Source: Bdellovibrionales bacterium (lineage in GTDB: Bacteria > Bdellovibrionota > Bdellovibrionia > Bdellovibrionales > Bdellovibrionaceae). From it: DNA of 64,000 nucleotides. The number at the start of each line of letters is the position of its first letter. Position 1 is the stretch's first letter. The position numbers and the translations under genes are program-made. Below are positions 19,927 to 30,904 of the stretch, piece after piece. The notes below the pieces were generated by a model. The model was not told the origin of the DNA. It saw nothing but the letters and a program-made list of their open reading frames with translations, and did not search any database. Where the stretch lies: positions 29,863-93,862 of the forward strand of contig JANMPT010000092.1 of assembly GCA_031370005.1 (NCBI GenBank), read 5' to 3'.

Positions 19927-20340
19927 CTAGTCCTCTTCCTCATCAGAAGAGTCTTCGTCGTCGTCCTCATCGTCATCGTCGTCATCGTCGTCATCCTCGT
20001 CATCCTCGTCTTCATCAAGAGCTTCTGTTGCCTCTACGCGAATAAGCCATCCCTCTTCTAAGGGATCCTCTTGGATAAGAGTTGGATCGTCAATTACGGC
20101 CGCATTTACTTCGATTACAGTACCTGAAACTGGCGAGTAAATATCCATAGGACCATCGTCAGTTTCAATAGTTCCGCAAACTTCGTCTGCTTCGATTTTA
20201 TCGTGTTCTGCCGGAAGATCGACGGATGTAATTTCATCAAAATCAGCAAGACCTTCTTCGTTGACCCCAATGGTGATAATCCCATCCTCTTCCTGAATCC
20301 ACAGATAGCCCATAAAATTTCTTACATCGTTGGACGGCAT
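19927..20340 (-). CDS. Glycine cleavage H-protein-like protein lacking the lipoyl lysine, with acidic tail
   Basis: H-protein motifs (ITIG, VDLP, DIYSPVSGTVIEVN, DPLEEGWLIRV), but ETDDG in place of ESVKA; about 28-residue D/E tail. Confidence 0.85.
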   Translation of the reverse strand: MPSNDVRNFMGYLWIQEEDGIITIGVNEEGLADFDEITSVDLPAEHDKIEADEVCGTIETDDGPMDIYSPVSGTVIEVNAAVIDDPTLIQEDPLEEGWLIRVEATEALDEDEDDEDDDDDDDDDEDDDEDSSDEEED

Positions 20341-20355
20341 AAATAACTCCTAAAT

Positions 20356-21771
20356 CTAAATGTCATAGTACAAATGGAACTCATAAGGAACCGGACGCTG
20401 CTGAACTGGGCGGATCTCACGATCAATTTTGTAGTTGATCCATGTTTCTAGTAAATCATCGCTGAAAACATCACCTTTTTTCAAGAATCCACTGTTGTTT
20501 TTTAAATTCTTCAGACTTTCCTCCAGTGTTCCTGGGACCGAAGGAATTCCCGCCGCCTCTTGAGGAGAAAGACCGTAAATATCTTTATCCAAAGGTTCGC
20601 CTGGATGAATTTTATTGATGATACCATCAAGGCCTGCCATCAAGACTGCGGCCTGCGCCAAATAAATATTCGCTGAAGGATCGGGAGTACGAAACTCAAT
20701 ACGTTTTGCTTTTGGGTTTGGACCAGAATTTGGAATACGCATTGCTGCGGATCTGTTTTTAAAGCTATAGGCCAATTTTGTCGGAGCCTCGAATCCTGGA
20801 ACTAAGCGCTTGTAAGAGTTTGTTGTTGGATTGATGATGCCGCACAAAGCGGGGGCATGTTTCAAAACTCCGCCAATATAGAATAAGGCTAACTCAGAAA
20901 GACCAGCGTACTTATTTCCTGCAAAAAGATTTTTGCCACCCTTCCACAAGGACATATGAATGTGCATTCCAGAGCCATTGTCGTTAAAGAGCGGCTTTGG
21001 CATAAAGGTCGCTGTTTTGTTATGACGACGAGCCACGTTTTTAACGATGTATTTGAACCACATCATTTTATCGCCCATCTCGAGGGCTGCATCATAGCGG
21101 AAATTTATCTCAGCTTGTCCGGCTGTTGCTACTTCATGGTGGTGGCGCTCAACGATCATGCCGGCTCTTTCCAGCTCTAAGCACATTTCTGTGCGTATAT
21201 CCTGCTGAGAATCCGTTGGCAGAGCTGGGAAGTAGCCTTCTTTATGGCGAATTTTATAACCAAGATTTTTCCCACCCTCATCGCGGCCAGAGTTCCAAGC
21301 GGCCTCATCACTATCAATCATGTAAAAACCAGAGTTATTAGTTTGCTCAAAGCGAACATCATCGAAAATAAAGAACTCAGCCTCTGGTCCAAAAAAAGCC
21401 GTATCTGCAATTCCCGTCGACTGCATAAATGCAACCGCTTTTTTAACGACATGTCGAGGATCGCGATCATATGGTTGCAAAGTCTCAGGCATGCAGACAT
21501 CACAGATCAAAGATAGAGTGGGAACTTGCATAAATGGGTCCATTTTTGCTGTTGATGGATCTGGCAAAATAATCATGTCAGACTCCTCGATACCTCTCCA
21601 TCCGCGGATTGAGCTTCCGTCAAAACCTAAGCCCTGCTCAAATATTTCCTCGCTAAGTTCTGTATAGGGGATCGTGATGTGCTGCCAGGCGCCAATCAAA
21701 TCACAGAACTTAAGGTCGACCATTCGGGCGCCCTTATCTTTACCAAATTGTAGTGCTTGCTGAGCGTTCAT
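20356..21771 (-). CDS. glnA: Glutamine synthetase type I
   Basis: [48 protein letters not shown] and the adenylylation Tyr in DKDIY. Confidence 0.98.
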   Translation of the reverse strand: MNAQQALQFGKDKGARMVDLKFCDLIGAWQHITIPYTELSEEIFEQGLGFDGSSIRGWRGIEESDMIILPDPSTAKMDPFMQVPTLSLICDVCMPETLQPYDRDPRHVVKKAVAFMQSTGIADTAFFGPEAEFFIFDDVRFEQTNNSGFYMIDSDEAAWNSGRDEGGKNLGYKIRHKEGYFPALPTDSQQDIRTEMCLELERAGMIVERHHHEVATAGQAEINFRYDAALEMGDKMMWFKYIVKNVARRHNKTATFMPKPLFNDNGSGMHIHMSLWKGGKNLFAGNKYAGLSELALFYIGGVLKHAPALCGIINPTTNSYKRLVPGFEAPTKLAYSFKNRSAAMRIPNSGPNPKAKRIEFRTPDPSANIYLAQAAVLMAGLDGIINKIHPGEPLDKDIYGLSPQEAAGIPSVPGTLEESLKNLKNNSGFLKKGDVFSDDLLETWINYKIDREIRPVQQRPVPYEFHLYYDI

Positions 21772-21789
21772 ATGTCTCCTTACATGAGG

Positions 21790-22134
<345 letters not shown>

Positions 22135-22147
22135 TCAAGTTCTTAGA

Positions 22148-22175
22148 AAGATAGCAAATTTAGCTTTTTAGTCAA
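22148..22175 (-). promoter_or_regulatory. Sigma70-type promoter of glnB-glnA
   Basis: Minus strand TTGACT-N16-TATCTT with TG extended -10. Confidence 0.5.
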
Positions 22176-22339
22176 AGAACGGATTGTTAACGCAAGACAA
22201 AATAACTCGAATAAATATATGCGAATGTTCCAAAAATATTTCAAAATCAAATTCTGACACTTGCGAGGCCCTCCTGCGTCTGCTACACATTCAAATTCAT
22301 TCAAAAAGCTAATTGTTGTCGCAATTTCGGGGGGGATTC

Positions 22340-22939
22340 ATGACTACAACGCGTTTTTTTGTCTTTGGTTCATTGTGCGAGGGTATGGTTCATTTCTCTA
22401 AGATTCAGAATTTTATCGAATCTTCAGTTCCTGCTCAAATCCGTGCAACTGCCTATAGGCTTAAAGTCGGTTTTCCAGCAATGATTAAATCCGGAACAGA
22501 TCTTGTCCCCGGACAGTTAGTTGAACTCAAATCCTCAGGTCTTTTAATTAGTCTCTTGGATGAGTTTTTTGGCTATAACGCGATGGATACAGCAAAAAGC
22601 CTTTACCATCGTCAAGAAAGCATTGTTAGTACTGCTGACGGTGGACTTGAGAAGGCCTGGGCCTATTTTTTAAATCCACTTAAATTACCTGTGAATGCAA
22701 TACCAATCCATGGCGGAGATTGGCTAAGGTCACTTGAAGAGCAGCCTGCATTGACTCAGAAGTTGTCTGATAAACAAAAGGCATATATCGCAAAGTTGGG
22801 CAGTACTTCAGGCCGTGATATTGTTCCCATCGACCTGCAGCTTTACAGAGAGCTCATGAACTTAGAGTTAATTGTGGACAAGGGCCGAAGACTTGCATTA
22901 TCAAAGCTCGGCCATGAAGTTTTCAGACATCTTGCTTAA
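22340..22939 (+). CDS. Gamma-glutamylcyclotransferase (AIG2/GGCT)-like protein with C-terminal extension
   Basis: FFVFGSL, FPAM, VPGQL, AWAY and IHGGDW motifs; LDEFFG where LDxxEG is usual. Confidence 0.75.
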   Translation: MTTTRFFVFGSLCEGMVHFSKIQNFIESSVPAQIRATAYRLKVGFPAMIKSGTDLVPGQLVELKSSGLLISLLDEFFGYNAMDTAKSLYHRQESIVSTADGGLEKAWAYFLNPLKLPVNAIPIHGGDWLRSLEEQPALTQKLSDKQKAYIAKLGSTSGRDIVPIDLQLYRELMNLELIVDKGRRLALSKLGHEVFRHLA

Positions 22940-23411
22940 GCAGAGTTTTAAAGTTGTTCTAATTGAGCCCGAGATCCCGCAAAACACTGGGAATATCGGG
23001 CGCACATGCGTTGCTACAAACTGCGAGCTTCACGTCGTCGGGAAACTAGGCTTCGAAATCAATGACAAAAATTTAAAGAGGGCGGGGTTAGATTACTGGC
23101 AGCATTTGAGCTTTCATCGTCATGAGACTTTTGAGGACTGGCTTGGGCACGTCAAAGACACTTCGCGCCTCTGGTTGTTTACGACGAAAACGAAGTATTC
23201 ATATTTCGAACCAAAATATCAACCGGGGGATTGGTTCGTTTTTGGCAAGGAGACGAAGGGTCTTGCCCCGGATTTTTTGGCGAAATTCCCAAAGCAAACA
23301 GTGACGGTACCAATGATTGGTGAAGGGGCCCGTAGCTTGAATCTTGCAACCTGTGTCGCGGTTGCCGCGTATGAAGGGGTTCGTCAGTTGATTTTAACAG
23401 AGTCTAATTAA
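22914..23411 (+). CDS. trmL: tRNA (cytidine/uridine-34 2'-O)-methyltransferase
   Basis: PEIPQNTGNIGRTC, RAGLDYW, FGKETKGL and RSLNLA. Confidence 0.95.
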   Translation: MKFSDILLKQSFKVVLIEPEIPQNTGNIGRTCVATNCELHVVGKLGFEINDKNLKRAGLDYWQHLSFHRHETFEDWLGHVKDTSRLWLFTTKTKYSYFEPKYQPGDWFVFGKETKGLAPDFLAKFPKQTVTVPMIGEGARSLNLATCVAVAAYEGVRQLILTESN

Positions 23412-23796
23412 AAACAATCGCCTTGCCAATTGGGGCTATTGAAATCCCTGCAAGCTTTAAATGCTGAACGGCGAACGGAATACCAATGATAGTTACGGCG
23501 AAAAGAAGGGCCCAGCCCAGGTGAATTAGCGCGAGCCACCATCCGCAGAAGATGAACCAAAGAATATTTCCGATAAAACCAAAAATCCCCGTGCCTATAT
23601 CAGGACTACTTAGATGCTTGCGAACCATAACTTCGGAGCCAAAGGGCCACAAATTTAATAAACCAATATTAAAGGCTGCGCGAGCCCAAGGGATTCCGAC
23701 AATTGAAATCACCATGAAAATTGCGGAGGCAAACCATGATAGTGCTGTTGTCCAGCCGCCAAAAAAAAGCCATAACAAATTCAAGATAATGTTCAT
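23404..23796 (-). CDS. yccF: YccF-family inner membrane protein
   Basis: Duplicated NLLW/NILW...IVGIPW/IIGIPF and LWPFG/APIG motifs. Confidence 0.9.
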   Translation of the reverse strand: MNIILNLLWLFFGGWTTALSWFASAIFMVISIVGIPWARAAFNIGLLNLWPFGSEVMVRKHLSSPDIGTGIFGFIGNILWFIFCGWWLALIHLGWALLFAVTIIGIPFAVQHLKLAGISIAPIGKAIVFN

Positions 23797-23972
23797 TGCA
23801 AAATCCTCACATGCTCGGAATGAAAAACCAAACTTAATTAATAGACTTAAAAACTTAAAATGCCTAAACTTAAGTACTCCTGGCTAAAAGTCTGACTTAA
23901 CACATCTCGCCAGGGCGAAAAAATGCCCTGTATTCTTGCAGTTAATACACTTTGGGACTACTCTCATTGACT

Positions 23973-26621
23973 ATGGTAAATGAAATTCTACGCAAAATAT
24001 TCGGTACGAAGCATGATCGTGAAATGAAAAGAATTCGTCCCATCGTGGACAAAATTAATTCATATGAGCCCGAAATGCAGGCTCTCACTGATGATCAACT
24101 CAAAGCAAAAACTCCAGAGTTTCAACAACGTTTGAAAAAAGGCGAAACGGTTAGTGATATTTTGCCGGAGGCTTTCGCTGTTTGCCGTGAAGCCTCAAAG
24201 CGTGTTCTTGGTATGCGCCACTATGATGTTCAAATGATCGGTGGTATTGTGTTGAATCGTGGTGCTATTTCTGAGATGCGAACAGGTGAGGGCAAAACGC
24301 TTGTTGCAACTTTACCGGTTTATCTAAATGCTCTCACTGGCAAAGGCGTCCACGTCGTAACTGTGAATGACTATTTGGCCCGTCGTGATGCGGAGTGGAT
24401 GGGTCGCATTTATGGATGGTTGGGTTTAACTACTGGGATCATTGCCCACGGCTTATCCGACCAACAACGTAAAGAGATGTATCGTTGTGATATCACTTAT
24501 TGTACAAATAACGAACTCGGCTTTGATTACCTTCGCGACAATATGAAGTTTGACCTTGAAGATTACGTTCAACGCGAACTTCACTACGCGATCGTGGATG
24601 AGTGCGATTCCATTTTAATCGATGAGGCCCGCACACCATTGATTATCTCAGGCCCTGCTGAGGCCTCAACTGATAAATATGTTATGATTGATAAGATCAT
24701 CCCTTCATTGAAGCGTGATATGCACTTTACTATGGAGGAAAAATCTAAAACCGCCTCTTTGACGGATGAGGGAAATGCAAAAGTTGAAGAGCTTCTCGGC
24801 TTAGAAAATCTTTATGATCCTCGGAATATCGATATACTTCACCACGTTTATCAAGCCTTGAAGGCCCACTACCTTTATCGTTTGGATGTGGAGTATATGA
24901 TCAAAGATGGTGAAATTGTCATTGTTGATGAGTTCACAGGTCGTTTGATGCCTGGACGTCGTTGGAGTGATGGCCTGCACCAGGCGATTGAGGCTAAAGA
25001 AGGCGTTGAGGTGAAAAACGAGAACCAAACGCTCGCGACAATTACCTTTCAAAACTACTTTCGTATGTACGAAAAAATTGCTGGAATGACTGGAACTGCA
25101 GACACTGAGGCAACGGAGTTTAAGAAAATCTATAATCTCGATGTTTCTGTCATTCCAACCAATAAACCAATTTTGCGTCTTGACCAAGAGGATGTAGTTT
25201 ACAAATCTGAAGCTGCGAAATTTAAAGCGATTGCTGTTGATGTGAGTGAGCGTACGGCAAAAGGACAGCCAATCTTGGTCGGTACCGTGAGCATCGAGAA
25301 ATCAGAAGCCCTTAGCAAAGCTTTGAAGCGTGAAGGTATTCGCCATGACGTTTTAAATGCAAAGGCCCATGAGCGAGAAGCAGAAATCGTGGCGCAGGCA
25401 GGGCGCAAAGGGGCCGTTACTATTGCAACAAATATGGCGGGTCGAGGTACTGATATCGTGCTTGGTGGTAATGCCGAGGTGATGGCGAAAAAACTGGTAG
25501 AAGACGAGGCCTCTCCGGAATACCAAGAGGCCTACGCAAAATTTAAAAAACAATTTGATGAAGAACGGCAGGCCGTTGTGGTCGCCGGCGGACTATATAT
25601 TATAGGTACTGAACGGCACGAGTCTCGCCGTATTGACAATCAATTGCGTGGACGGTCAGGACGTCAGGGGGACCCTGGAGAGTCTAGATTTTATCTGTCA
25701 CTTGAAGATACTTTAATGCGTATTTTTAATGGCGAGCGTATCCAGAAAATTATGGGAATGCTGAACATCCCAGAGGACGAGCCAATCACTGCTAAAATGG
25801 TAACCAATGCCATAGAAGGTGCTCAGCGTAAGGTTGAGGGGCATCAGTTCGATATTCGCAAGCACTTGATTGATTATGATGATGTGATGAATAAGCAAAG
25901 GACTGTGATTTACCGCATGCGCCGCCAAGTTCTTGAGGGCAATGATGTGGAAAGAACAATTCTTGATTTTTTGGGCGAAGTGACCTCAGGTATTTTAGAT
26001 ACCCACGTTCCAGAAATGGGCAAAAAAGAAGATTGGAATATCGACGGTCTGAATACTGCTTTGTCACAACAATTTGGCATTCGTTTAGATCTCGAATCGC
26101 TGGCGAATAACTCTGAAGCAATTACCGAAGCGGTGAGTAAGGCTGTGAAGGAAACTTTTGATCGGCAGAAAGTTTCTATGGGGGCGTTTTTTGCGCAAGT
26201 TCAAAAAATGGTCCTTTTGCAATCCATTGATAATCACTGGAAAGAGCATTTACAGGTCATCGACAAGCTTAAAGAGGGCATCAATTTACGCGGCTACGCG
26301 GCTAAGGATCCTCTAATTGAATACAAAAAAGAAGCTTTCGAGACCTTTGAACATCTTAATCGTATTATTAAAAACGATGTCATCGAGAAATTGATGAAGG
26401 TGCAATTGGTGGCACAAGAGCCTGGCGCAGAAGAGGCACTTGAGGGCTTAAGGCCTGAAGGCGTTGGCTTGAGTGAGCTTGATTACCAGGCGCCAAGCGA
26501 CTCAAACATTGGTATGATGGAGGTTTCTGCTCCGGAAAGACAAAAAATGTCTTTCCGACAAACCCCCGATGAGGATCAAAAAATGAATCGGGCGGACCGC
26601 CGTAAAAACAGAAAAAGATAG
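23973..26621 (+). CDS. secA: Preprotein translocase ATPase SecA
   Basis: [48 protein letters not shown] and [13 protein letters not shown]. Confidence 0.98.
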   Translation: MVNEILRKIFGTKHDREMKRIRPIVDKINSYEPEMQALTDDQLKAKTPEFQQRLKKGETVSDILPEAFAVCREASKRVLGMRHYDVQMIGGIVLNRGAISEMRTGEGKTLVATLPVYLNALTGKGVHVVTVNDYLARRDAEWMGRIYGWLGLTTGIIAHGLSDQQRKEMYRCDITYCTNNELGFDYLRDNMKFDLEDYVQRELHYAIVDECDSILIDEARTPLIISGPAEASTDKYVMIDKIIPSLKRDMHFTMEEKSKTASLTDEGNAKVEELLGLENLYDPRNIDILHHVYQALKAHYLYRLDVEYMIKDGEIVIVDEFTGRLMPGRRWSDGLHQAIEAKEGVEVKNENQTLATITFQNYFRMYEKIAGMTGTADTEATEFKKIYNLDVSVIPTNKPILRLDQEDVVYKSEAAKFKAIAVDVSERTAKGQPILVGTVSIEKSEALSKALKREGIRHDVLNAKAHEREAEIVAQAGRKGAVTIATNMAGRGTDIVLGGNAEVMAKKLVEDEASPEYQEAYAKFKKQFDEERQAVVVAGGLYIIGTERHESRRIDNQLRGRSGRQGDPGESRFYLSLEDTLMRIFNGERIQKIMGMLNIPEDEPITAKMVTNAIEGAQRKVEGHQFDIRKHLIDYDDVMNKQRTVIYRMRRQVLEGNDVERTILDFLGEVTSGILDTHVPEMGKKEDWNIDGLNTALSQQFGIRLDLESLANNSEAITEAVSKAVKETFDRQKVSMGAFFAQVQKMVLLQSIDNHWKEHLQVIDKLKEGINLRGYAAKDPLIEYKKEAFETFEHLNRIIKNDVIEKLMKVQLVAQEPGAEEALEGLRPEGVGLSELDYQAPSDSNIGMMEVSAPERQKMSFRQTPDEDQKMNRADRRKNRKR

Positions 26622-26648
26622 CCTTCTAAAATAAAGGGAGTTGTCGTT

Positions 26649-27203
26649 TTGACCATTTGCCCGACTTGTCACTCTGAGACAGAGGTCGACCCACAAAACT
26701 ACGGGACTTTATTTACATGTCCAAAATGTAGCGCCGTCTTCTTTATTGACTGGGCAGGTCTGCCGGAAGTCGCGAGTGATGAGCTTGTAGTAGAAACTTC
26801 TGATGAGATTGTAGCTGTCCAAGCCTCCGCAGAGGAAGAGTTTCCAAACCTTGATACGCAGTACGGACAAAATGCTTTGCCAGCGATGACAGAGGCAAGA
26901 AGTGACTCCTCTGATCTTTCCGATATTGCTGATTTTGGCAACGCAGACCTGGGGCAAGTGGCCTTTAGTTATACTATGATTATTTCAGGCATTGATTCAG
27001 GTGGAATTCGTTTAGAAGTTCAAGAGGCACTTTTGGACTCTAAATTTGGCTGGAATGTGACCCAACTTATGGCCCAGATAAAAGACGGGGTTTTGACAAT
27101 TCAATCTATGAGTGCGGTGAAAGCCAGTATACTGATGCAAAGAGTGAAGTATCTCCCGGTAAAAATAAGTTGGAGGCAGGATGTTCTCTCGAGCAGCACT
27201 TAA
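26649..27203 (+). CDS. Zinc-ribbon domain hypothetical protein
   Basis: CPTC...CPKC N-terminus, acidic linker, and folded C-terminal domain. Confidence 0.65.
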   Translation: MTICPTCHSETEVDPQNYGTLFTCPKCSAVFFIDWAGLPEVASDELVVETSDEIVAVQASAEEEFPNLDTQYGQNALPAMTEARSDSSDLSDIADFGNADLGQVAFSYTMIISGIDSGGIRLEVQEALLDSKFGWNVTQLMAQIKDGVLTIQSMSAVKASILMQRVKYLPVKISWRQDVLSSST

Positions 27204-27795
27204 GGTTTTTGTAGCTATTTTAGTTCTTGGATTGGTTCATGGAGTTACCGCCTTCGCGAGTGAGCCCAAAAAAGAAGGAAAAAATGAAGAAGTCGGTAGC
27301 GCTGAGGCCGGCCCTGAGAGTGACGTATCGGAGTCTCAAAAAAAGCAAATGAGTGAGGCCATGGAGCTTCAGGGAAAGGTTCAGGCGCTTCTGGCCAGAG
27401 TGAAGTCAAAAGAGGAGGCCATAAATAAACTGATCGAGCTAAAGAACCAAACCAATGATGCGGCAAAAGTGAAGGAGATCATCGCTGAGATGGTAGCTGA
27501 GCACAAAGAGATGAGCAAAATGATCGAGGAATATGAACAAAATCGCAGCCTTCTTCGCTATCGCTATCCAGAAAAAGGCTACTCTGGAACTCGTAACTAT
27601 GAACGCATGGATGTGAAGCCACTAGATCAAATGGAAAATCGTATGAGTGTTGAGGTAAAGCTTAAACGCAACTTAAAAACACTGCGCTCTCAATATGGCG
27701 AATCCGCCGAGGCAAAGGCCTCTAAAAAGAAAAAAGCTCTGAAAAAAGAAACAGATGCCCCATCCCTAACTGAGCCCATTGTCCTTCAAAAATAA
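27181..27795 (+). CDS. Secreted coiled-coil hypothetical protein
   Basis: GGAGG RBS, signal peptide ending AFA, and heptad-rich middle. Confidence 0.65.
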   Translation: MFSRAALKVFVAILVLGLVHGVTAFASEPKKEGKNEEVGSAEAGPESDVSESQKKQMSEAMELQGKVQALLARVKSKEEAINKLIELKNQTNDAAKVKEIIAEMVAEHKEMSKMIEEYEQNRSLLRYRYPEKGYSGTRNYERMDVKPLDQMENRMSVEVKLKRNLKTLRSQYGESAEAKASKKKKALKKETDAPSLTEPIVLQK

Positions 27796-27815
27796 GTCTA
27801 TGCAGCGAATTTGTT

Positions 27816-28256
27816 TTACTGAACAGGTTTAAAATTAGGGACATAGCGTACTCCATCGGTGCCATGAACCTCACTTTCATAGGTTGAGTAGGCCGCAGGA
27901 GTCTCCTGAAATCTACGCAAAGCCTCGTCTTCGAGGACCTTATTAGAGGCTTCATTGTTGGCATCCGCCTGGGCTGCGCTAACCTCTGGCTGCCAAGGAT
28001 CTCCGACATAGACGGCATTGCCTTCAAAAAATTGAACTTCTTTTTCCTGGCGAAGCTTGTCGTCATAAAAAACATAGGTCCAGCGGTCTTTTCCGTGAAA
28101 GCGTTGCGTGCGCTGAGGGCTGCCCATGACCTCTAGGACATCGTCTTTTTCCATTCCCGGTCGAAGTTTTCGATACTCGTCAAACATTTTGGTCTGACAG
28201 GCTGAAAGCATAAGGCTACCGATAAGCATTGTGAAAGCTAAAATAAAGCGCAACAT
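27816..28256 (-). CDS. bamE: Outer membrane assembly lipoprotein BamE/SmpA
   Basis: LSAC lipobox, LRPGMEKDDVLEVMGSP and DRWTYVF. Confidence 0.8.
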   Translation of the reverse strand: MLRFILAFTMLIGSLMLSACQTKMFDEYRKLRPGMEKDDVLEVMGSPQRTQRFHGKDRWTYVFYDDKLRQEKEVQFFEGNAVYVGDPWQPEVSAAQADANNEASNKVLEDEALRRFQETPAAYSTYESEVHGTDGVRYVPNFKPVQ

Positions 28257-28504
28257 TTGGCACCTCACCCCTTCAGTTCATTTTCACTGTATTTTCTAAA
28301 AAATGGAATGGAAGTCTCTTTTTGAGACAGGCCTTTTTAAAAAATGCCTAAATATGAGGCGGGCAGGGCAATTATACAATGCAATAAGATGTCGAAAGCA
28401 CTGGCATAAATTCTTGCGGGTACTTTCGTTTCACGCTACAAATCAGTGATACAAATGTGAAAATTAATTGATTATAAAATCATCCCCCTGGGGAGCGTTG
28501 TCCT

Positions 28505-29047
28505 ATGTCTGATTCTAATTCTAGAGAAGAGTATAACCGAGGAGGCATGAATGCCTTCATTTTTTCAATGGTGTTCGTTGCCCTGTTTTTTATTTACATC
28601 ATTGCGATTCATCCAGGTGTAGACCTTGGTGAAAAGGTAGTTGATCCAACGGCAGTTGTCGCCGGCTCGGAAGCCCCTGTCTTCGATATTACGACGATAA
28701 AAGAGCCCTGGGTTAAAAATGATCAGGTGATTGCGTACGGGAAAAAACTTTTTGCCACGAACTGCGCTATGTGCCATGGCAATGAGGGTAAAGGAGACGG
28801 TGCCGCCGGTGCAGGTCTGAATCCAAAACCACGCAATATGGTCGAAGGAAAATGGACTCAGGGTGGTGGGGACATAGCTCACTTTAGGGTTCTCACCAAT
28901 GGCATCCCCGGTTCGTCCATGGCCTCATTTGCGCACTTTAAAGTAGCTGATCGCTGGGCTCTGGTACAATTCGTAGAGTCAATAACTCAAAATAAATCCA
29001 CTGACACGCCCGAACAGGTCGCTGAATTCGCGAAAACAGCGAAATAG
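28505..29047 (+). CDS. Membrane-anchored c-type cytochrome
   Basis: N-terminal TM helix, CAMCH heme motif and GSSMASF axial Met region. Confidence 0.9.
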   Translation: MSDSNSREEYNRGGMNAFIFSMVFVALFFIYIIAIHPGVDLGEKVVDPTAVVAGSEAPVFDITTIKEPWVKNDQVIAYGKKLFATNCAMCHGNEGKGDGAAGAGLNPKPRNMVEGKWTQGGGDIAHFRVLTNGIPGSSMASFAHFKVADRWALVQFVESITQNKSTDTPEQVAEFAKTAK

Positions 29048-29055
29048 GAAGCATC

Positions 29056-29940
29056 ATGAAGCTAGGTTTAAGGTGTTTGCAAATAAAAATCCTAGCAGTT
29101 GCAGTCGCATCTATTTTGCTGCTTTTGTCCGCGCCACAAACCCATGCCTATGAGCCGAAACTAGCGGAACTTACCGCAAATGAAACAGCTAAAGGGCTTG
29201 AGGGCGTTGGTATTGAAGAAAAGCTTGGCAATAATATAGATTTGAATCTTAGCTTTAAAGATGAAACCGGCGAGACGGTAACTTTGGCTAAATATATTGA
29301 CGGAAGTCACACGCCAGTCATTATTAGCCCAGTCTATTACTCTTGCCCGGGGCTTTGTAACTTTCATTTAAATGGTTTGACTGAGGCGTTAAAATTAATG
29401 GACTGGAATGTCGGCGACAAATTTAAAGTTGTTGCGATTAGTTTTGATGCCAAAGAGAAGCCTGATGTGGCCATGAAGAAAAAGACATCCTACATGAAAG
29501 TCTATGATCGTCCGGGAACGGAAAAGGGTTGGAGTTTTCTAACTGGAGACGAGGAAAATATTAAGGCCTTCACTTCCGCAGTGGGTTTTAAATTTAAGTG
29601 GAATGCCGACATCAAAGAGTGGGCCCATGCTTCTGCGGCCATTGTTGTAACGCCTGACGGAAAAATCTCTCGTTATTTGCCGGGGATCGTGTTTGATCCT
29701 AAAGACATAAAGCTTGCTTTAAATGAAGCTTCAAATGGTAAAATCGGAACCTTTGTAGATTCGCTGGTTCTGTACTGTTTTCAATACAACCCACACCAGA
29801 GTAAATATACTTTGTATGCTTTTAGTATTATGAAGTTGGGCGGTGCCTTGATGGTTCTGGTGTTGGGCTTATGGTTACTGCCAGTTTTTATTCGTTCACG
29901 TAGAGCAGAAAAAAAATGGCGAGGAGTTGAGGGTCAATGA
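29056..29940 (+). CDS. SCO1/SenC-family copper chaperone
   Basis: YYSCPGLC (CxxxC), WAHAS His and C-terminal TM helix; lies in the cox operon. Confidence 0.9.
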   Translation: MKLGLRCLQIKILAVAVASILLLLSAPQTHAYEPKLAELTANETAKGLEGVGIEEKLGNNIDLNLSFKDETGETVTLAKYIDGSHTPVIISPVYYSCPGLCNFHLNGLTEALKLMDWNVGDKFKVVAISFDAKEKPDVAMKKKTSYMKVYDRPGTEKGWSFLTGDEENIKAFTSAVGFKFKWNADIKEWAHASAAIVVTPDGKISRYLPGIVFDPKDIKLALNEASNGKIGTFVDSLVLYCFQYNPHQSKYTLYAFSIMKLGGALMVLVLGLWLLPVFIRSRRAEKKWRGVEGQ

Positions 29941-30893
29941 TGTGGTTTAATTTTGCTCAGGCACAATCCTTTATGCCGACTGAGGGTACGAAGATTGCGA
30001 CCCAGGTCGACAATCTCTATGAATTCCTTTTGGTGGTGAGTCTTATTTCGTGTGTCATCCTTATTGGGGGGATGGTTTTTTTCGTTTGGAAATACCGACG
30101 TAAAACGAATAATGATAAGACGGCTTACATTACTCACAATACTTTCTTGGAGTTCCTGTGGTCTTTTATTCCGCTTGTAATTTTCTTGGGGGTTTTTGCT
30201 TGGGGTTGGCTCCTCTATCATGACATGAGAACCATGCCAAAAGATGCATTGGAAGTGAATGTTTTTGCTAAACAGTGGGCTTGGGAATTTGAATACAAGT
30301 CTGGCGTGAAAACAGGTAACTTCTTTGTTGTTCCTGTGAACAAAGATGTGAAGCTCATCATGGCTTCGAATGATGTCATCCACAGTTTTTATATTCCGAG
30401 CTTTCGAATTAAGCAGGACGTTGTTCCTGGTCGCTACTCGGCCCTGTGGTTCAATGCGAATAAACTGGGCGAGTTCCATGTGTTCTGCGCAGAGTATTGC
30501 GGAACTCAACACTCTGGAATGCTGGCGACGCTTAAAGTTGTTCCCCAGGCAGAGTACGAAGCTTGGCTCGAAGAGGAGTCTAAGGTAGGAACCTTGCCTT
30601 TGGCAAAACGAGGCGAAAAGCTTTTTGCTGTGAAGGCTTGCGCATCTTGCCACTCTGTTGCCGATGCCTCCACAAAAGTAGGCCCGTCTCTTTGGAAAAA
30701 ATATGGGACAAAAGAACATATCGAGGGCATGAGCGATGTGGACGTAGATGAAAATTATGTCCGCGAATCCATCTTGAGTCCAAATGCCAAGATTGTGAAA
30801 GGCTTCCCAAAAGGGGTTATGCCTACTTTCCAGGGCCAATTAAATGAAACGGAACTTAACGCACTTATCGAATACATTAAGACTTTGAAATAA
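29937..30893 (+). CDS. coxB: Cytochrome c oxidase subunit II with fused cytochrome c (caa3 type)
   Basis: Two TM helices, [22 protein letters not shown]uA ligands and C-terminal CASCH. Confidence 0.96.
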   Translation: MMWFNFAQAQSFMPTEGTKIATQVDNLYEFLLVVSLISCVILIGGMVFFVWKYRRKTNNDKTAYITHNTFLEFLWSFIPLVIFLGVFAWGWLLYHDMRTMPKDALEVNVFAKQWAWEFEYKSGVKTGNFFVVPVNKDVKLIMASNDVIHSFYIPSFRIKQDVVPGRYSALWFNANKLGEFHVFCAEYCGTQHSGMLATLKVVPQAEYEAWLEEESKVGTLPLAKRGEKLFAVKACASCHSVADASTKVGPSLWKKYGTKEHIEGMSDVDVDENYVRESILSPNAKIVKGFPKGVMPTFQGQLNETELNALIEYIKTLK

Positions 30894-30904
30894 AGGAGGG
30901 CATA

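Noticed and set aside
19797..20018. M/T-rich ORF and GAC/GAT repeat as a separate gene or repeat array
   Set aside because: It is an alternative frame of the Asp/Glu codon run in the GcvH-like tail, with no spacer structure.
28402..28417. Sigma54 promoter for the cox operon (TGGCAT...TTGC)
   Set aside because: GG-to-GC spacing is 11 nt rather than the strict 10.
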